Origin: a virus | Taxonomy: Duplodnaviria > Caudoviricetes | IMG/VR virus record: IMGVR_UViG_2565956658_000004 | Location: 39,937-103,936 of that record | Direction: 5' to 3' (one strand) | Length of the DNA: 64,000 nt | Part shown: positions 39,433-49,297 of the stretch, one piece after another | Layout of the letters: every line of letters starts with the position of its first letter | Position numbering within the stretch: the first letter of the stretch is position 1 | Program-made: the position numbers and the translations under genes | Notes under the pieces: model-generated | Databases searched by the model: none | What the model was told of the DNA's origin: nothing | The model's input: only the letters and a program-made list of their open reading frames with translations

Positions 39433-40767
39433 CTATCTAATCTTTTCATAAAGACCGCCCTGCAAGCTTCCAGCTACAACATCATCTTTAATCTTAAAAA
39501 TACTCACAATTTCCATCACGCCATTTTTTGAACGTATTGATAACTTAATCACTTCATTTGGCGCATTTTTCTGAAGTGCTGGTAATAGATACAACACACT
39601 TTGATTATCAACATCCCAAATGACTTGCTGTGCTTGTGGAATAAGCTTAGGTAAAGCGATCCATTCATCCAACGTTGGCGCATTGCCAGCTGCACCATGT
39701 CGTTGAGCTTTTTGACCAACAAGCAAATGGTCTGAAATTGTAAGAATTGGGCTTTCTACTGCAACACTCTTTTTTGCCAAGAATTGAATATCTTGCATAT
39801 CAACTACACCAACGGTATTAGTTTTATTTTGCTGCTTGCCAAAACTGATGGCGTTTTTAACAAATGCCTCATGCGCTTTAATACGTGGTGCGCTTAATAA
39901 CATTTGTTGCACTTGTTGCAAACCTTTCTGAGCACCGAGCAGATTGGCAGCTCGCTTGGTCAGTTCAACATCGAGTAAATAGCTCGCTGCTGGATGACTA
40001 TTAAAGCCAGCCGTAGGCGAGAAATAAGTGACTTGTCCATCCGCTTGCTTGATACGAATACGCGTCTGTGTAGCAACAGCATCCTGACCAGTAAAACTAC
40101 TTTTTCCAATCACAACCTGATGTTGATCAATATCTTCAGGTTTAGTTTCAACAACATTTAAATCCAAAGCCTCAACATCACTGGCACGACGTGCACGAAT
40201 TTTACATTGACAGCCAAACTCAGTTGGTGGGTAGGCATAAAGCCAAAAGGGATCATCATAACGACGGGTTTCACCATTCCGTGCTAAATGTACTTTGCGC
40301 GGATTAGTAATCGAAATATGTACCCATTCCCACAATGGGCGAGTATCAACACTTGCCATCATTGACTTATAGCGCCCAGCTGCAAGACTCTTATGGACAT
40401 TGGTATCAAATATGGTTTTAAGACGACGTGGGCTACCAAGCTGAACTGTTTGATTAACACCAGCAGGATTAATAACTGTCTGTTTTCCCCACCAACCTTT
40501 TTGCTGCAAGACTGGTGTAATTGCGGCTTTCCATTGTTCTAAATTTTGACCTTGTTCCAGTGCAGTAATCAGTGACTTTCTGATGTCTTGTAGCAGATCA
40601 ATACGAGCAACTTTAGCAACAGTAAAAGCACGGCTATGCGCTTCATCAAGCGTCTCATGCCAGTCCCAGCCAATTTTAAAACCTTTCGATTTTAAATAAG
40701 AAATTGCATCTTCAGGCGGCAACTTAAATAGAGCGTTCAGTTCTGGGCGTGAAGGGACATTAGCCAT
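39433..40767 (-). CDS. MuF (gp30-like) head protein with a C-terminal extension (putative PBECR-type nuclease)
   Basis: AFTVAK, RL.TI..TN, PP..FGC.C MuF motifs plus about 150 extra residues (K..RH...N..T..EW..LP..I....V.WD). Confidence 0.85.
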   Translation of the reverse strand: MANVPSRPELNALFKLPPEDAISYLKSKGFKIGWDWHETLDEAHSRAFTVAKVARIDLLQDIRKSLITALEQGQNLEQWKAAITPVLQQKGWWGKQTVINPAGVNQTVQLGSPRRLKTIFDTNVHKSLAAGRYKSMMASVDTRPLWEWVHISITNPRKVHLARNGETRRYDDPFWLYAYPPTEFGCQCKIRARRASDVEALDLNVVETKPEDIDQHQVVIGKSSFTGQDAVATQTRIRIKQADGQVTYFSPTAGFNSHPAASYLLDVELTKRAANLLGAQKGLQQVQQMLLSAPRIKAHEAFVKNAISFGKQQNKTNTVGVVDMQDIQFLAKKSVAVESPILTISDHLLVGQKAQRHGAAGNAPTLDEWIALPKLIPQAQQVIWDVDNQSVLYLLPALQKNAPNEVIKLSIRSKNGVMEIVSIFKIKDDVVAGSLQGGLYEKIR

Positions 40768-42406
40768 TTTCTGCTTCTGCCTCCGCACTCAAGCGACCAA
40801 ACACTTCAGCTGCAAAAAATAGTTGTGTCAGTTTTTCCTGAAGTGCAGGTTCATCTTCAGTTGGATATAGCTCAGCCAGTACAGCTAAAATTTCATCATC
40901 ATTTTGACCAGCTTGGATTTTGGCAATTAAGCCTTTAGTCCAAGCTTCAGCAGTTTGTTGTGCTTGCTTTGCTTGATCATTGAGTAAGAGCTGAATAGCT
41001 TGTTCTTCAAGTGGGATTTGATTATTTTCTGCAATCAACCCATTGAGCAGTTGAGGCAAATAAGTATTCACTGCCAAATTAGGTACGACAGGATTTTGAT
41101 TCAATGCCGCCCAACGTTGTGCATCTGCTAAGCGTTCAGCTACAAGTTGTACTTGGCGTTGAACTCCCAATACAGGCTCTTGATCATCAGCAGGTTCAGG
41201 AATACCAAGCTTCTCATGCGCCCATGTCCGCGGAATTTTGAAGCCAATTTCTACAAGCTTTGGCAATGCTTCACTAAAGACTTCCATATCTTCAGTATCA
41301 GTCGTGTCAAAGTAAAATGACGGGTAACGATCAGGTGAAATTTCAGAGTAATTTAATTGCATTAAATACTTGATCAAACAATCATTGATTGATCGTGCAA
41401 GTTGCTTAGCATCAGATTTGACTAGTTTCTCAAATTGAATCTCATGGGTTTGGCTTTGTGCATTAGTTGATGTTTTACCATCCGCTTGAGATAACAAAGT
41501 CCCCCCGACAATGACTTTTGATTGTGTATGTTCACACCACTTAATCAAGTCAAAATGGTTTTTAGTGTCACCGTCAGTAGCTTGTTCAAAATCAATTGCC
41601 ATGCCAGTGGGAATAATGCCACCAGCATTCCGCCCAATACTCATGACTGCACGAAGCAATGTCATTTTTTCTTTTTCTGTCGCACCACTTGGGTATTTAC
41701 CAATCTTGCTTGGTAGACCGTAAGTTTCTAAAAACTCCATCACATCGCGGATGCCATAGTTTTTAAATAGAAATGACCAACTCAGAACACGATGCAAACC
41801 AGAGCGAGCGATATAACCAGACTTAGCCTTATGCCGATGGATGAACCAGCCGAAATCCCAAAAGTCAGCGCCCTCATGCGATCCATCATTCAGGCGCAGC
41901 TCATTCGGCTTGTCATAAGGTGTCATGAAGTTACGGGGGTTTACATACTCAAAGCTTTTAGGCAGCCACAAGTTACCCAGTTGATGCCATTCGATCTCTT
42001 GGCAGGAGTAGCCATGACCAGCAGCATCCATTGCATCGAATAAAAACATCTCAAAATCTTTGATGTCGTCAATCCATTCAGCAACTTCTTCAGCAATTTT
42101 TCTTTCTGCTTCAGAGGCATTCTTTGGTGGATTAACTCCCCATGACAGACCGTTAATACCTTTCTTACGTTTATCCATTTCGCTAAAAATATGACCATCA
42201 CGCTCTTCCATATCGCAAAACAGATCAGCCTGTGCTTGTAAGTTACCTTGCTCAGCATTGGTCAAAAGCTGGTGCAACCTTTGTGGTGTCAAACCTACAA
42301 CAGGATGCTCTTGCCACTGATTTGCTAACCATGCGACATCAGCAGTTTGGTTCTGCTCCAGTGCTGTACGATCTTGAGTTTTGGATTGAGATTTTTTCTT
42401 AGCCAT
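40760..42406 (-). CDS. Portal protein (DUF935, Mu gp29-like)
   Basis: DMEERD.H, FLE.YGLP...GKY, SK...GGTL. Confidence 0.95.
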   Translation of the reverse strand: MAKKKSQSKTQDRTALEQNQTADVAWLANQWQEHPVVGLTPQRLHQLLTNAEQGNLQAQADLFCDMEERDGHIFSEMDKRKKGINGLSWGVNPPKNASEAERKIAEEVAEWIDDIKDFEMFLFDAMDAAGHGYSCQEIEWHQLGNLWLPKSFEYVNPRNFMTPYDKPNELRLNDGSHEGADFWDFGWFIHRHKAKSGYIARSGLHRVLSWSFLFKNYGIRDVMEFLETYGLPSKIGKYPSGATEKEKMTLLRAVMSIGRNAGGIIPTGMAIDFEQATDGDTKNHFDLIKWCEHTQSKVIVGGTLLSQADGKTSTNAQSQTHEIQFEKLVKSDAKQLARSINDCLIKYLMQLNYSEISPDRYPSFYFDTTDTEDMEVFSEALPKLVEIGFKIPRTWAHEKLGIPEPADDQEPVLGVQRQVQLVAERLADAQRWAALNQNPVVPNLAVNTYLPQLLNGLIAENNQIPLEEQAIQLLLNDQAKQAQQTAEAWTKGLIAKIQAGQNDDEILAVLAELYPTEDEPALQEKLTQLFFAAEVFGRLSAEAEAENG

Positions 42407-42665
42407 AGCGCAAACACAATTCGAGGATTTTGCACCATTATTGTTTTTTGACTTTTTTAAAATTAGGCGGAAAGGCTTCCATTTATTTTAAGAATTTTAC
42501 TTCGCCTAAAACACGCGATTTTAGCGACTCAAAATCAGATACGATTCATTCATGCAGAATTGACTTTAAATCGCTTAAAACCGCTTTATAAACATTTATA
42601 AATCTATATTTAACCCGTCTGGTATGTGATATAAAAAATCCTCATAACAATACAGAGAAACAGCC

Positions 42666-42950
42666 ATGGCAAAATACAAAATCGCTCATCTATGTGAACA
42701 AGGTCAAGACATGATAATTGTACCACTTGAAAACAATTTTCATCATGCAACTGGGGCAGACCAACAAAATACAATTGATTATTTGCAGGCGTGCTCAATC
42801 GACGCAGGCTTAGCTGGCAAAATTGTTCCTGTTTGGTTGCATGGAGGGCGTGTGTACTTTATTGCACCTACACCATGGCATCCATTTTTTAAATCATTGA
42901 GTTGGGATAGTATTTTATACAACCTCAATAAAGAACTTATTTGTGATTAG
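42666..42950 (+). CDS. Hypothetical cargo protein
   Basis: Opposite strand to the late operon; own AT-rich upstream region. Confidence 0.65.
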   Translation: MAKYKIAHLCEQGQDMIIVPLENNFHHATGADQQNTIDYLQACSIDAGLAGKIVPVWLHGGRVYFIAPTPWHPFFKSLSWDSILYNLNKELICD

Positions 42951-43116
42951 CTAGTTTCTCCAGTTGTAAAAGTGCATCTTCAAGCTGTGCTTTTACAACT
43001 GCGATAGTGTTTGGATCAAGAGGCTGAACACCACCTTTTTGATCCCCATCTTGAAACCTTGAAAATTGCACATCATGATTAATTTCCACAATGACACGGG
43101 TATGCTGGATTACCAT
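42937..43116 (-). CDS. 59-aa hypothetical protein under a late-promoter motif
   Basis: ATG 43116 to TAA 42937 (MVIQHTRVIVEINHDV...); downstream of the motif copy at 43173. Confidence 0.45.
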   Translation of the reverse strand: MVIQHTRVIVEINHDVQFSRFQDGDQKGGVQPLDPNTIAVVKAQLEDALLQLEKLANHK

Positions 43117-43212
43117 CTTTATGAAACCTTTTTTCTAAAAGTATCTTTACATTAAAGCTTTTAATAAAAAAGATTAGGCGGAAACTATTCCATTTATTTT
43201 AAAGAGACCACC

Positions 43213-43518
43213 ATGAGCCAAACTAAAATTGCATATTTGGTCAATCAAAATAAAATTGCATCAAATATTAAAGACACAACAGAGAATAAAGACCTCGCAT
43301 TTGACCAAATGCTGGAGACTTCACTCTATGAAGCCTTTGCCGTTGGATATGAAGTCAATCAGGAAAAAATAAATGAGATGCTTTATTTTATTGAAGAACT
43401 CTTACCAAGCCTTGCAGAAGAACCAAAGTTGCAAATGGCATATGGCTTGGCATTGGAGTTTTTACGCAAATTTAAAAAATTAAAATCAGAAAACTACCAA
43501 CAGCCGACATCTGAATAA
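43213..43518 (+). CDS. Hypothetical cargo protein
   Basis: 101-aa ORF with RBS, convergent with terminase. Confidence 0.55.
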   Translation: MSQTKIAYLVNQNKIASNIKDTTENKDLAFDQMLETSLYEAFAVGYEVNQEKINEMLYFIEELLPSLAEEPKLQMAYGLALEFLRKFKKLKSENYQQPTSE

Positions 43519-45128
43519 AACTCATCCCAATCATCAGCATCTCGATTTTCTTCACGAGATGGAAGTCCCATAAATTCGATTGGACTTGAAAGGTGCAGAC
43601 TCGCAAACCATCCTAAAATCATTGCAACTGCACCATCACCATGACGATACAACTCAGGGTCTTTAATATCTTTCGCACGAGCTTTTGACACCATGTAAAT
43701 CCCGTCTACCTCCTCAATCGCCGAACAGTCATTTTTCAAATCAGCATCGATTGGTAAGTCAATCATATCCTCCTCAAAAGCTGTGACAAGCTTTGGAGTC
43801 CATAAACCATACCATGCTCGACTGAGCTTAATTTGATGCACCATGTGTTCACCAAATTTCTCTGCTGTATTTTCTGCTAAGGTCTCACCATTACCAGTCG
43901 CATCCATAGCGATACCACCAAATCTTGGTAAACGTTCCAACATATACCAAAGAATTTTTTGCTGTAGGCGTGAAGGTACTTTGTGCATCTCAATAACAAA
44001 AGGAGCGATACGACGTAAGTCCTGAGCAATAAAGAAAGGCAGAATAAAACTAAAGTCACGATGTCGTGCATAATCCTGTCCAGCACAATGCTGTTTACTC
44101 TTATCTAGCTTTTGCAATTCAGGTTCTAAGTAGCGTTGAATCCAGTCATCAATATAAGCATCACGTTCATCAGGTGTTAATTCCGTAAAATCATCACCAA
44201 GACTTAAACGTAGAACAGTTCGAGCCTTAGTCATTGCACGTTCAACCCAAAGCGTGGGCAAACACACTGACGATCCATCACGTGGAATAGCATCAAGTTC
44301 CTCACGCATGGCAGCCTTACGACTTCCATAAGCTTTACGGATTTTTTTGTACCATTTTTCTTTACCTTCAAGCGTGGCTTCTTTGCCTTGCATAAAGCAA
44401 ACACGCTCATATAAACCATTTTCTACAGCATCATCAAAAGTCACCACATGGACTTTGGCATCCTCTCCAAAGACTCCATTTTCAATATCTTTTACAAACT
44501 GGTTGAAAGGATTATTTTTGCCATTATGTGAACTAATAACAGAGATACGACCACCCCAAATGAGTAGTGCTGTTGCTGCTTCCATTACACCTTGTACATT
44601 CGGATGAAAGGCTGCTTCATCAATCACAACTTTACCTTGTAAACCACGAATGTTTTCTGGGCGACTTGATAAAGCCACAATTTGAAAACCACTAGCATAT
44701 CGAATACGGTAAGCGGTTATCTGCCGTGTTTCACCTTTGTCATTTTGGTCTTCAAAGAGAAACTCTTCAATCTGAACAATTTGCCCTTGTGCCTCAGCAA
44801 TTACTCGCGAAAACTTGGCACAGTAACCAATAAATTCAAGACCTTTTTCTTTGGTATCGCCAATGTAGTAGACGCTCATGCCACCAGCATCTTTACTCGC
44901 AGCGGCAGTAAAAACAGCATCAAAGCTCTCAGCGAAAGTAATCCCTGTACGACGACCTTTAGGGCACGCCTTAATATCTGTCTTAATCTTTAACCATTCG
45001 ACTTGGTGTTTCATTAAAACACCTTCTTCAAAAGGATTGAGATTGTTAGGCAAATTACGAGCACGCTCTGGAAGTTCATCCCAGTCAACGATCCGTACAG
45101 TGTCCGTGCGAGGCTTCAATGCTGTCAT
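43494..45128 (-). CDS. Terminase large subunit (Mu gp28-like)
   Basis: K.RRTGIT, IDEAAFH, G.DYAR..D, HGD.AVA. Confidence 0.93.
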   Translation of the reverse strand: MTALKPRTDTVRIVDWDELPERARNLPNNLNPFEEGVLMKHQVEWLKIKTDIKACPKGRRTGITFAESFDAVFTAAASKDAGGMSVYYIGDTKEKGLEFIGYCAKFSRVIAEAQGQIVQIEEFLFEDQNDKGETRQITAYRIRYASGFQIVALSSRPENIRGLQGKVVIDEAAFHPNVQGVMEAATALLIWGGRISVISSHNGKNNPFNQFVKDIENGVFGEDAKVHVVTFDDAVENGLYERVCFMQGKEATLEGKEKWYKKIRKAYGSRKAAMREELDAIPRDGSSVCLPTLWVERAMTKARTVLRLSLGDDFTELTPDERDAYIDDWIQRYLEPELQKLDKSKQHCAGQDYARHRDFSFILPFFIAQDLRRIAPFVIEMHKVPSRLQQKILWYMLERLPRFGGIAMDATGNGETLAENTAEKFGEHMVHQIKLSRAWYGLWTPKLVTAFEEDMIDLPIDADLKNDCSAIEEVDGIYMVSKARAKDIKDPELYRHGDGAVAMILGWFASLHLSSPIEFMGLPSREENRDADDWDEFYSDVGCW

Positions 45129-45694
45129 TATTTAATACCTAATACTTTTTCACGCCAGAACTGAATTTGCTCTTCACCCATACCTTGTGAAACAGCGGCT
45201 TTTTGTAGGTTTGCATCTTGTTCACGCAGCAGCTCTTCACGCGCTTGGCGGCGAATCTCATCACGGTTTTCCATTGCTTTTGACTTAGTCATTATTGCTG
45301 CACGTGCAGCACGCGCTAAAGCTCCAACATCGTCAATATCCATTTTGGGTTTTTCTGGGTCATCACCTGTATTTGTCAGCTCATCCATCGCTCGCTTGGT
45401 GACAACTGCTTGCACAGCCTGAGCCAACAACATGCCACCTTTATCATCAGGGTCTTCGCCAAATTCCTTGACCAAAACTTCGGACATGGCAGCGATCTGC
45501 CGAAACTCTTTAGCTTCAGCAACATAATTCTGTCTTTCACGCCCAAGAGCAGATCGACTTGGAATACAATCAGCTGGAAATTCAGCACGAATTTCGTCCA
45601 ACATTTCATTTAATGTCAGCTTATCTTCTTCCAGCATCTTATAAATAAGCTGGCGTTGAGCATCAGAAACTTTATGTATAAATGACTTAGCCAT
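45128..45694 (-). CDS. Terminase small subunit (DUF3486, Mu gp27-like)
   Basis: PSRSALGR motif; position. Confidence 0.85.
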   Translation of the reverse strand: MAKSFIHKVSDAQRQLIYKMLEEDKLTLNEMLDEIRAEFPADCIPSRSALGRERQNYVAEAKEFRQIAAMSEVLVKEFGEDPDDKGGMLLAQAVQAVVTKRAMDELTNTGDDPEKPKMDIDDVGALARAARAAIMTKSKAMENRDEIRRQAREELLREQDANLQKAAVSQGMGEEQIQFWREKVLGIK

Positions 45695-45701
45695 GCTTCA
45701 C

Positions 45702-45995
45702 CTATGCAGATGGACGCTTTACGCCATGAGTAATGACTAGACCTTTTGCAACATCAGCACCACGTTCAGTCAGCTTTACAACAAACACTGTTCCTAGATT
45801 TTCTTCAATTTCAAGTAAACCTTGCTCAGCTAACCAATGCAGTTCTGTACGCAGTTGATCACGACTGAAGCTGTGACCATATCGAGTGATGAAATCATGC
45901 AACACGGATGAGTTTGAGCGATAAGTTGGCAATTCTGATAATGAGCGCAATACAACTAGGCGCATATCTTCTTTTAAAGCATCTGCATAACGCAT
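45702..45995 (-). CDS. Winged-helix protein (Mu gp26-like)
   Basis: RL..LR.L, SRD.L...L.WL.EQGL, LTERG.DVA.G.....GV.RP. Confidence 0.85.
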   Translation of the reverse strand: MRYADALKEDMRLVVLRSLSELPTYRSNSSVLHDFITRYGHSFSRDQLRTELHWLAEQGLLEIEENLGTVFVVKLTERGADVAKGLVITHGVKRPSA

Positions 45996-46000
45996 AATTA

Positions 46001-46306
46001 TTAATCCTTATGATGCAGCAAATAATCATTCACACGATCCACTGCTTTTGCTAAAGGGGCTATAACTTCTTTTAACCCCGCAACTGATTCTTTAAGCGCT
46101 TTCATATCGCCAGCCATGTCGCTAATAACTAGATGATCAGGCATGTTTTTGACACGCTCTTCCAATCGACTTAAACGCTCTTTGGTTTCTTGCAATTCCT
46201 TATCTTTTGCTGCCTGACGATTAGAAATAAACACATAGACAGCAAGACCAAAGTTAAAGAGAAAGCTGACAAGATAAAAAATTAAACCGTAGTTGGATGG
46301 CTGCAT
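46001..46306 (-). CDS. DUF2730-like membrane/coiled-coil protein
   Basis: N-terminal TM, RL..LE..V..MP, DYLL. Confidence 0.75.
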   Translation of the reverse strand: MQPSNYGLIFYLVSFLFNFGLAVYVFISNRQAAKDKELQETKERLSRLEERVKNMPDHLVISDMAGDMKALKESVAGLKEVIAPLAKAVDRVNDYLLHHKD

Positions 46307-46836
46307 TATTTCCCTCGGCTTTGATTAATGAAGCGACCTACAAAGCCAAGCAATGCCAAAGCAGCAGTAACTTTTGACTGAGAAGCTTCAGGAACTAATG
46401 CAAGGACTTCTGGAGGGATACCAGCAACAGAAACATAAGCGATCAGACCAAACGCCCATGTCGAAACCCATTTCCATGCTGTATGCCAATTATTAACTAA
46501 TAAACCATCATGAAAATCTGAGACACCAAGCATTGGTATAAACTGCCGTGCCTGTTCTTCATTTATTGCTTTTAGCTCATCAATATGTTTTTGATGTTTC
46601 TTTGCCTGATCAAGTAGTTGCTGTTTGTAGGTTTTGATCAACTCATCGCTTTGCTGTAAATCAGAGTTATAAATAGCACGGGCAATTCGACAGCCTTCTT
46701 CTCGTGCTCGCTTATGAGTAGCATCCAACTCATCTATAAACCGACTGCGATCTGACCGTAAAAGTTGTAGTAAACCTTGCTCATAAGCAATTCGTTCTTC
46801 AGCTTTAACTAACTGGCGTAAAGGACTCTTTTTCAT
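46306..46836 (-). CDS. Putative holin with a soluble N-terminal extension
   Basis: LVNNW..AWKW.S two-TM C-terminus ending RFINQ; next to the endolysin. Confidence 0.6.
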   Translation of the reverse strand: MKKSPLRQLVKAEERIAYEQGLLQLLRSDRSRFIDELDATHKRAREEGCRIARAIYNSDLQQSDELIKTYKQQLLDQAKKHQKHIDELKAINEEQARQFIPMLGVSDFHDGLLVNNWHTAWKWVSTWAFGLIAYVSVAGIPPEVLALVPEASQSKVTAALALLGFVGRFINQSRGK

Positions 46837-46849
46837 AACTCAGCCCTCA

Positions 46850-47314
46850 TTAAATTTCAAAATGAGGCGAATCATATTCACCAGATTCACGATATTTGCC
46901 GTCATTATCCCAGTCAGCACCCCAACGGATCGACACACCTAATTCCTTTGCTGCTGCAAACATGGCTTTAGCAACTTTGTCGAATTTAGTCGCATCCTCC
47001 CAATCCACAGGGTATGGCACTAGATCGACAGCGTGACCAGTGACATGCTTGCTAGAAAGTGGATTATTTAGCCAAGTGACTTTTGCTAGTTTTGGTTGTG
47101 CATATTGAGCTGGCACGCCCTTGGTTAGGCATTGTTCTGCTGTGCGACCTTTACCATAATTGATAAAGCATTGCTCTTTTGAACGAACACCTTCGATCAC
47201 TAGAAAATCTTGCTCAGTGATCTCGATTGCACGTTTCACGACAGCTTCAAGTCTTGCATCAAGTCCAACCAAACGGCTTAAACTTAATTTAGATAAAATG
47301 TATTTTTTGCTCAC
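46850..47314 (-). CDS. Endolysin, M15-family peptidase
   Basis: EG.RS.E.Q, SKH..GHAVD, RWG.DW, D.PHFE. Confidence 0.92.
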   Translation of the reverse strand: MSKKYILSKLSLSRLVGLDARLEAVVKRAIEITEQDFLVIEGVRSKEQCFINYGKGRTAEQCLTKGVPAQYAQPKLAKVTWLNNPLSSKHVTGHAVDLVPYPVDWEDATKFDKVAKAMFAAAKELGVSIRWGADWDNDGKYRESGEYDSPHFEI

Positions 47315-47393
47315 AACAAAAAACCTCATCAAATGATGAGGCTAGTTTGTATATTTGAAACGTTTTATATTAGGCGGAAAGACTTCCGTTTAT

Positions 47394-48014
47394 TCACCTA
47401 TTTTCTGGTAAATCGAACATTCCAACTAAATAAGGGGCATTAGTTGTACCACCAATGGCATTATTAAAACCAATTTTACCAATTACAACACCACAAAAAG
47501 TTACACTAGAATTTGCAACCAACTCTCCAGTGGAACCAACAGCTAATACTCGTGTGAAATCTGTATAATTACTTGCAAGACCAGCATGATATGATGGAAA
47601 ACCACCAGAGCGATCTACCTGAATCTCAACAATAGTCCCACTCACACATAAACGCTTACCACGTTCATTAAATGAATCTTTTAAAATTTTCCCGCGTGTA
47701 CTGGAATCAAGAACTTTAATATCTCCAATTTTTGTATGCTTATTATCCATCCAAAAGGCTAGTACACCAGCAGATGCAGGAAAAGCATCAAACTCATCTG
47801 ACATTGTCGGTTTAACCATCTCAATTACGTCTGTCAAAGTATCTTTTGACAAAATGCGTTCAACACCCTTTTCAGCATCACTTTTTTCTTCAGCGACTGG
47901 CTGTGCGATAGCAGGCTGAGTCATATTTTCATTATTAGATTCAGAATTTGGTTGTTTGGAACATCCAACTAAAACTGTTGCTGTTAGTGCAACAACTAAT
48001 AAAAACTTTTTCAT
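47394..48014 (-). CDS. Lipoprotein in the repressor operon (possible superinfection exclusion)
   Basis: Lipobox LVGC; OB-fold-like GK....SGTIVEI. Confidence 0.7.
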   Translation of the reverse strand: MKKFLLVVALTATVLVGCSKQPNSESNNENMTQPAIAQPVAEEKSDAEKGVERILSKDTLTDVIEMVKPTMSDEFDAFPASAGVLAFWMDNKHTKIGDIKVLDSSTRGKILKDSFNERGKRLCVSGTIVEIQVDRSGGFPSYHAGLASNYTDFTRVLAVGSTGELVANSSVTFCGVVIGKIGFNNAIGGTTNAPYLVGMFDLPENR

Positions 48015-48034
48015 TGATTATTCCTTAAAAGAGA

Positions 48035-48454
48035 CTAGCCTTCAAACTTGGCACTATTTGCTACTGCTACAGCCAACATTCCTATAATAAATAACATTCC
48101 GACAAATATTGACGAGGTAAATTGAAGCAAAACAAAAGCGAAAGCCAAACATCCTAAACCAATAAACCAAACTTGACTTACCCGTTTATCAAAAAAAGCT
48201 TTACGTCTATCTCTATCCATTTTGTACCAGTAATCTGCCAAATCGAACTTACAATATTCGCATTCTTTATTATCTTTATAGATCCATTTTCTACAACTTT
48301 GACGTGGACATTGTATTGCTTCCGCACTATAAGGCTCTGGAGGAATAAAGGTAGAATAATTTATTAGAGTATTTTCGACACCCGTCATCTTACCGCCTAT
48401 GAGTTGTTCAACACTCATATCAACGGATTGGTAAACTGTTTTTCTTTCATTCAT
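48035..48454 (-). CDS. Zinc-finger membrane protein
   Basis: CP...C...C..C followed by two TM helices. Confidence 0.7.
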   Translation of the reverse strand: MNERKTVYQSVDMSVEQLIGGKMTGVENTLINYSTFIPPEPYSAEAIQCPRQSCRKWIYKDNKECEYCKFDLADYWYKMDRDRRKAFFDKRVSQVWFIGLGCLAFAFVLLQFTSSIFVGMLFIIGMLAVAVANSAKFEG

Positions 48455-48473
48455 GGTACACCACCTGAGAGTC

Positions 48474-48935
48474 TTATTTATTCTTTATCCCCACAATTGA
48501 TCCACCATGTTGATTTTCAATATTAATCGAACTATTTTGTTGTGATGCAAAGTGGTTATGCTGCTGATTATTATCACCAATTTGCTGACCTTTTACACTA
48601 TTTTTATTATTTTTTACGACAGTCTTTGTCGCTTCACTATCTCCACCTAATAAAAGCATTAATATTCTGTTTCGAAGTACAGGATTAGCTTGACGATATT
48701 TTTCAAGAATTAGAGCTTCGTCCGTAGGCAATGATGCTTCTTCCCCATAGATCAAATAATCAAAAGAATAACCAGTAATCGTTTGCAATTTACTCAAAAA
48801 ATCTATGTCGGGTGATCTTTCATCATTTTCATATCGCTGCAATGTAGCCGTGCCAATCCCCAATTTGTCCGCAAAAAGTGCTCTTGATTCACCCCCACGA
48901 ATATTACGGATACGACTACCAATAGAAGAACTCAT
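48474..48935 (-). CDS. Prophage repressor (XRE HTH)
   Basis: IG.RIR.IR..SR..FA..LGI...TLQRYE..ERSP; divergent from the early operon. Confidence 0.88.
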   Translation of the reverse strand: MSSSIGSRIRNIRGGESRALFADKLGIGTATLQRYENDERSPDIDFLSKLQTITGYSFDYLIYGEEASLPTDEALILEKYRQANPVLRNRILMLLLGGDSEATKTVVKNNKNSVKGQQIGDNNQQHNHFASQQNSSINIENQHGGSIVGIKNK

Positions 48936-48970
48936 AAAAAACTCAATATTTATCTAAATTGATTGATTTG

Positions 48971-48988
48971 TTAATCCAATTGGATTAA
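48971..48988. promoter_or_regulatory. Perfect 18-bp palindrome, putative repressor/Ner operator
   Basis: TTAATCCAATTGGATTAA in the divergent control region. Confidence 0.65.
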
Positions 48989-49048
48989 ATTAAATTTATA
49001 AAGATTCAACTTTAATCAATTTCAATCGCACACAAGGGGTCACTATCT

Positions 49049-49234
49049 ATGTCGATTAAAACAACTGATCAGGTCAAACAAGACTTTGAAAACAAGGGAT
49101 TAACGGTCTCTGCATGGGCAACAGAGCGTGGTTTCGCTCCACAAGATGTTTACAAAGTTCTTAATGGTCAAGCGAAATGCAAGCGAGGTAAAGGTCACGC
49201 TATTGCAGTTCAGCTTGGAATCAAACCAGCTTAA
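49049..49234 (+). CDS. Ner/Cro-like DNA-binding protein (BcepMu gp16-like)
   Basis: T..QVK..F...G.T...WA..RGF....V..VLNG....RGKGH.IAV.LGIK. Confidence 0.88.
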   Translation: MSIKTTDQVKQDFENKGLTVSAWATERGFAPQDVYKVLNGQAKCKRGKGHAIAVQLGIKPA

Positions 49235-49297
49235 TTCGTTTAAACGTTCTTTAGAACGTTAGCACATTTTTGCACAAATTTGCACAAGGTTAAATAC

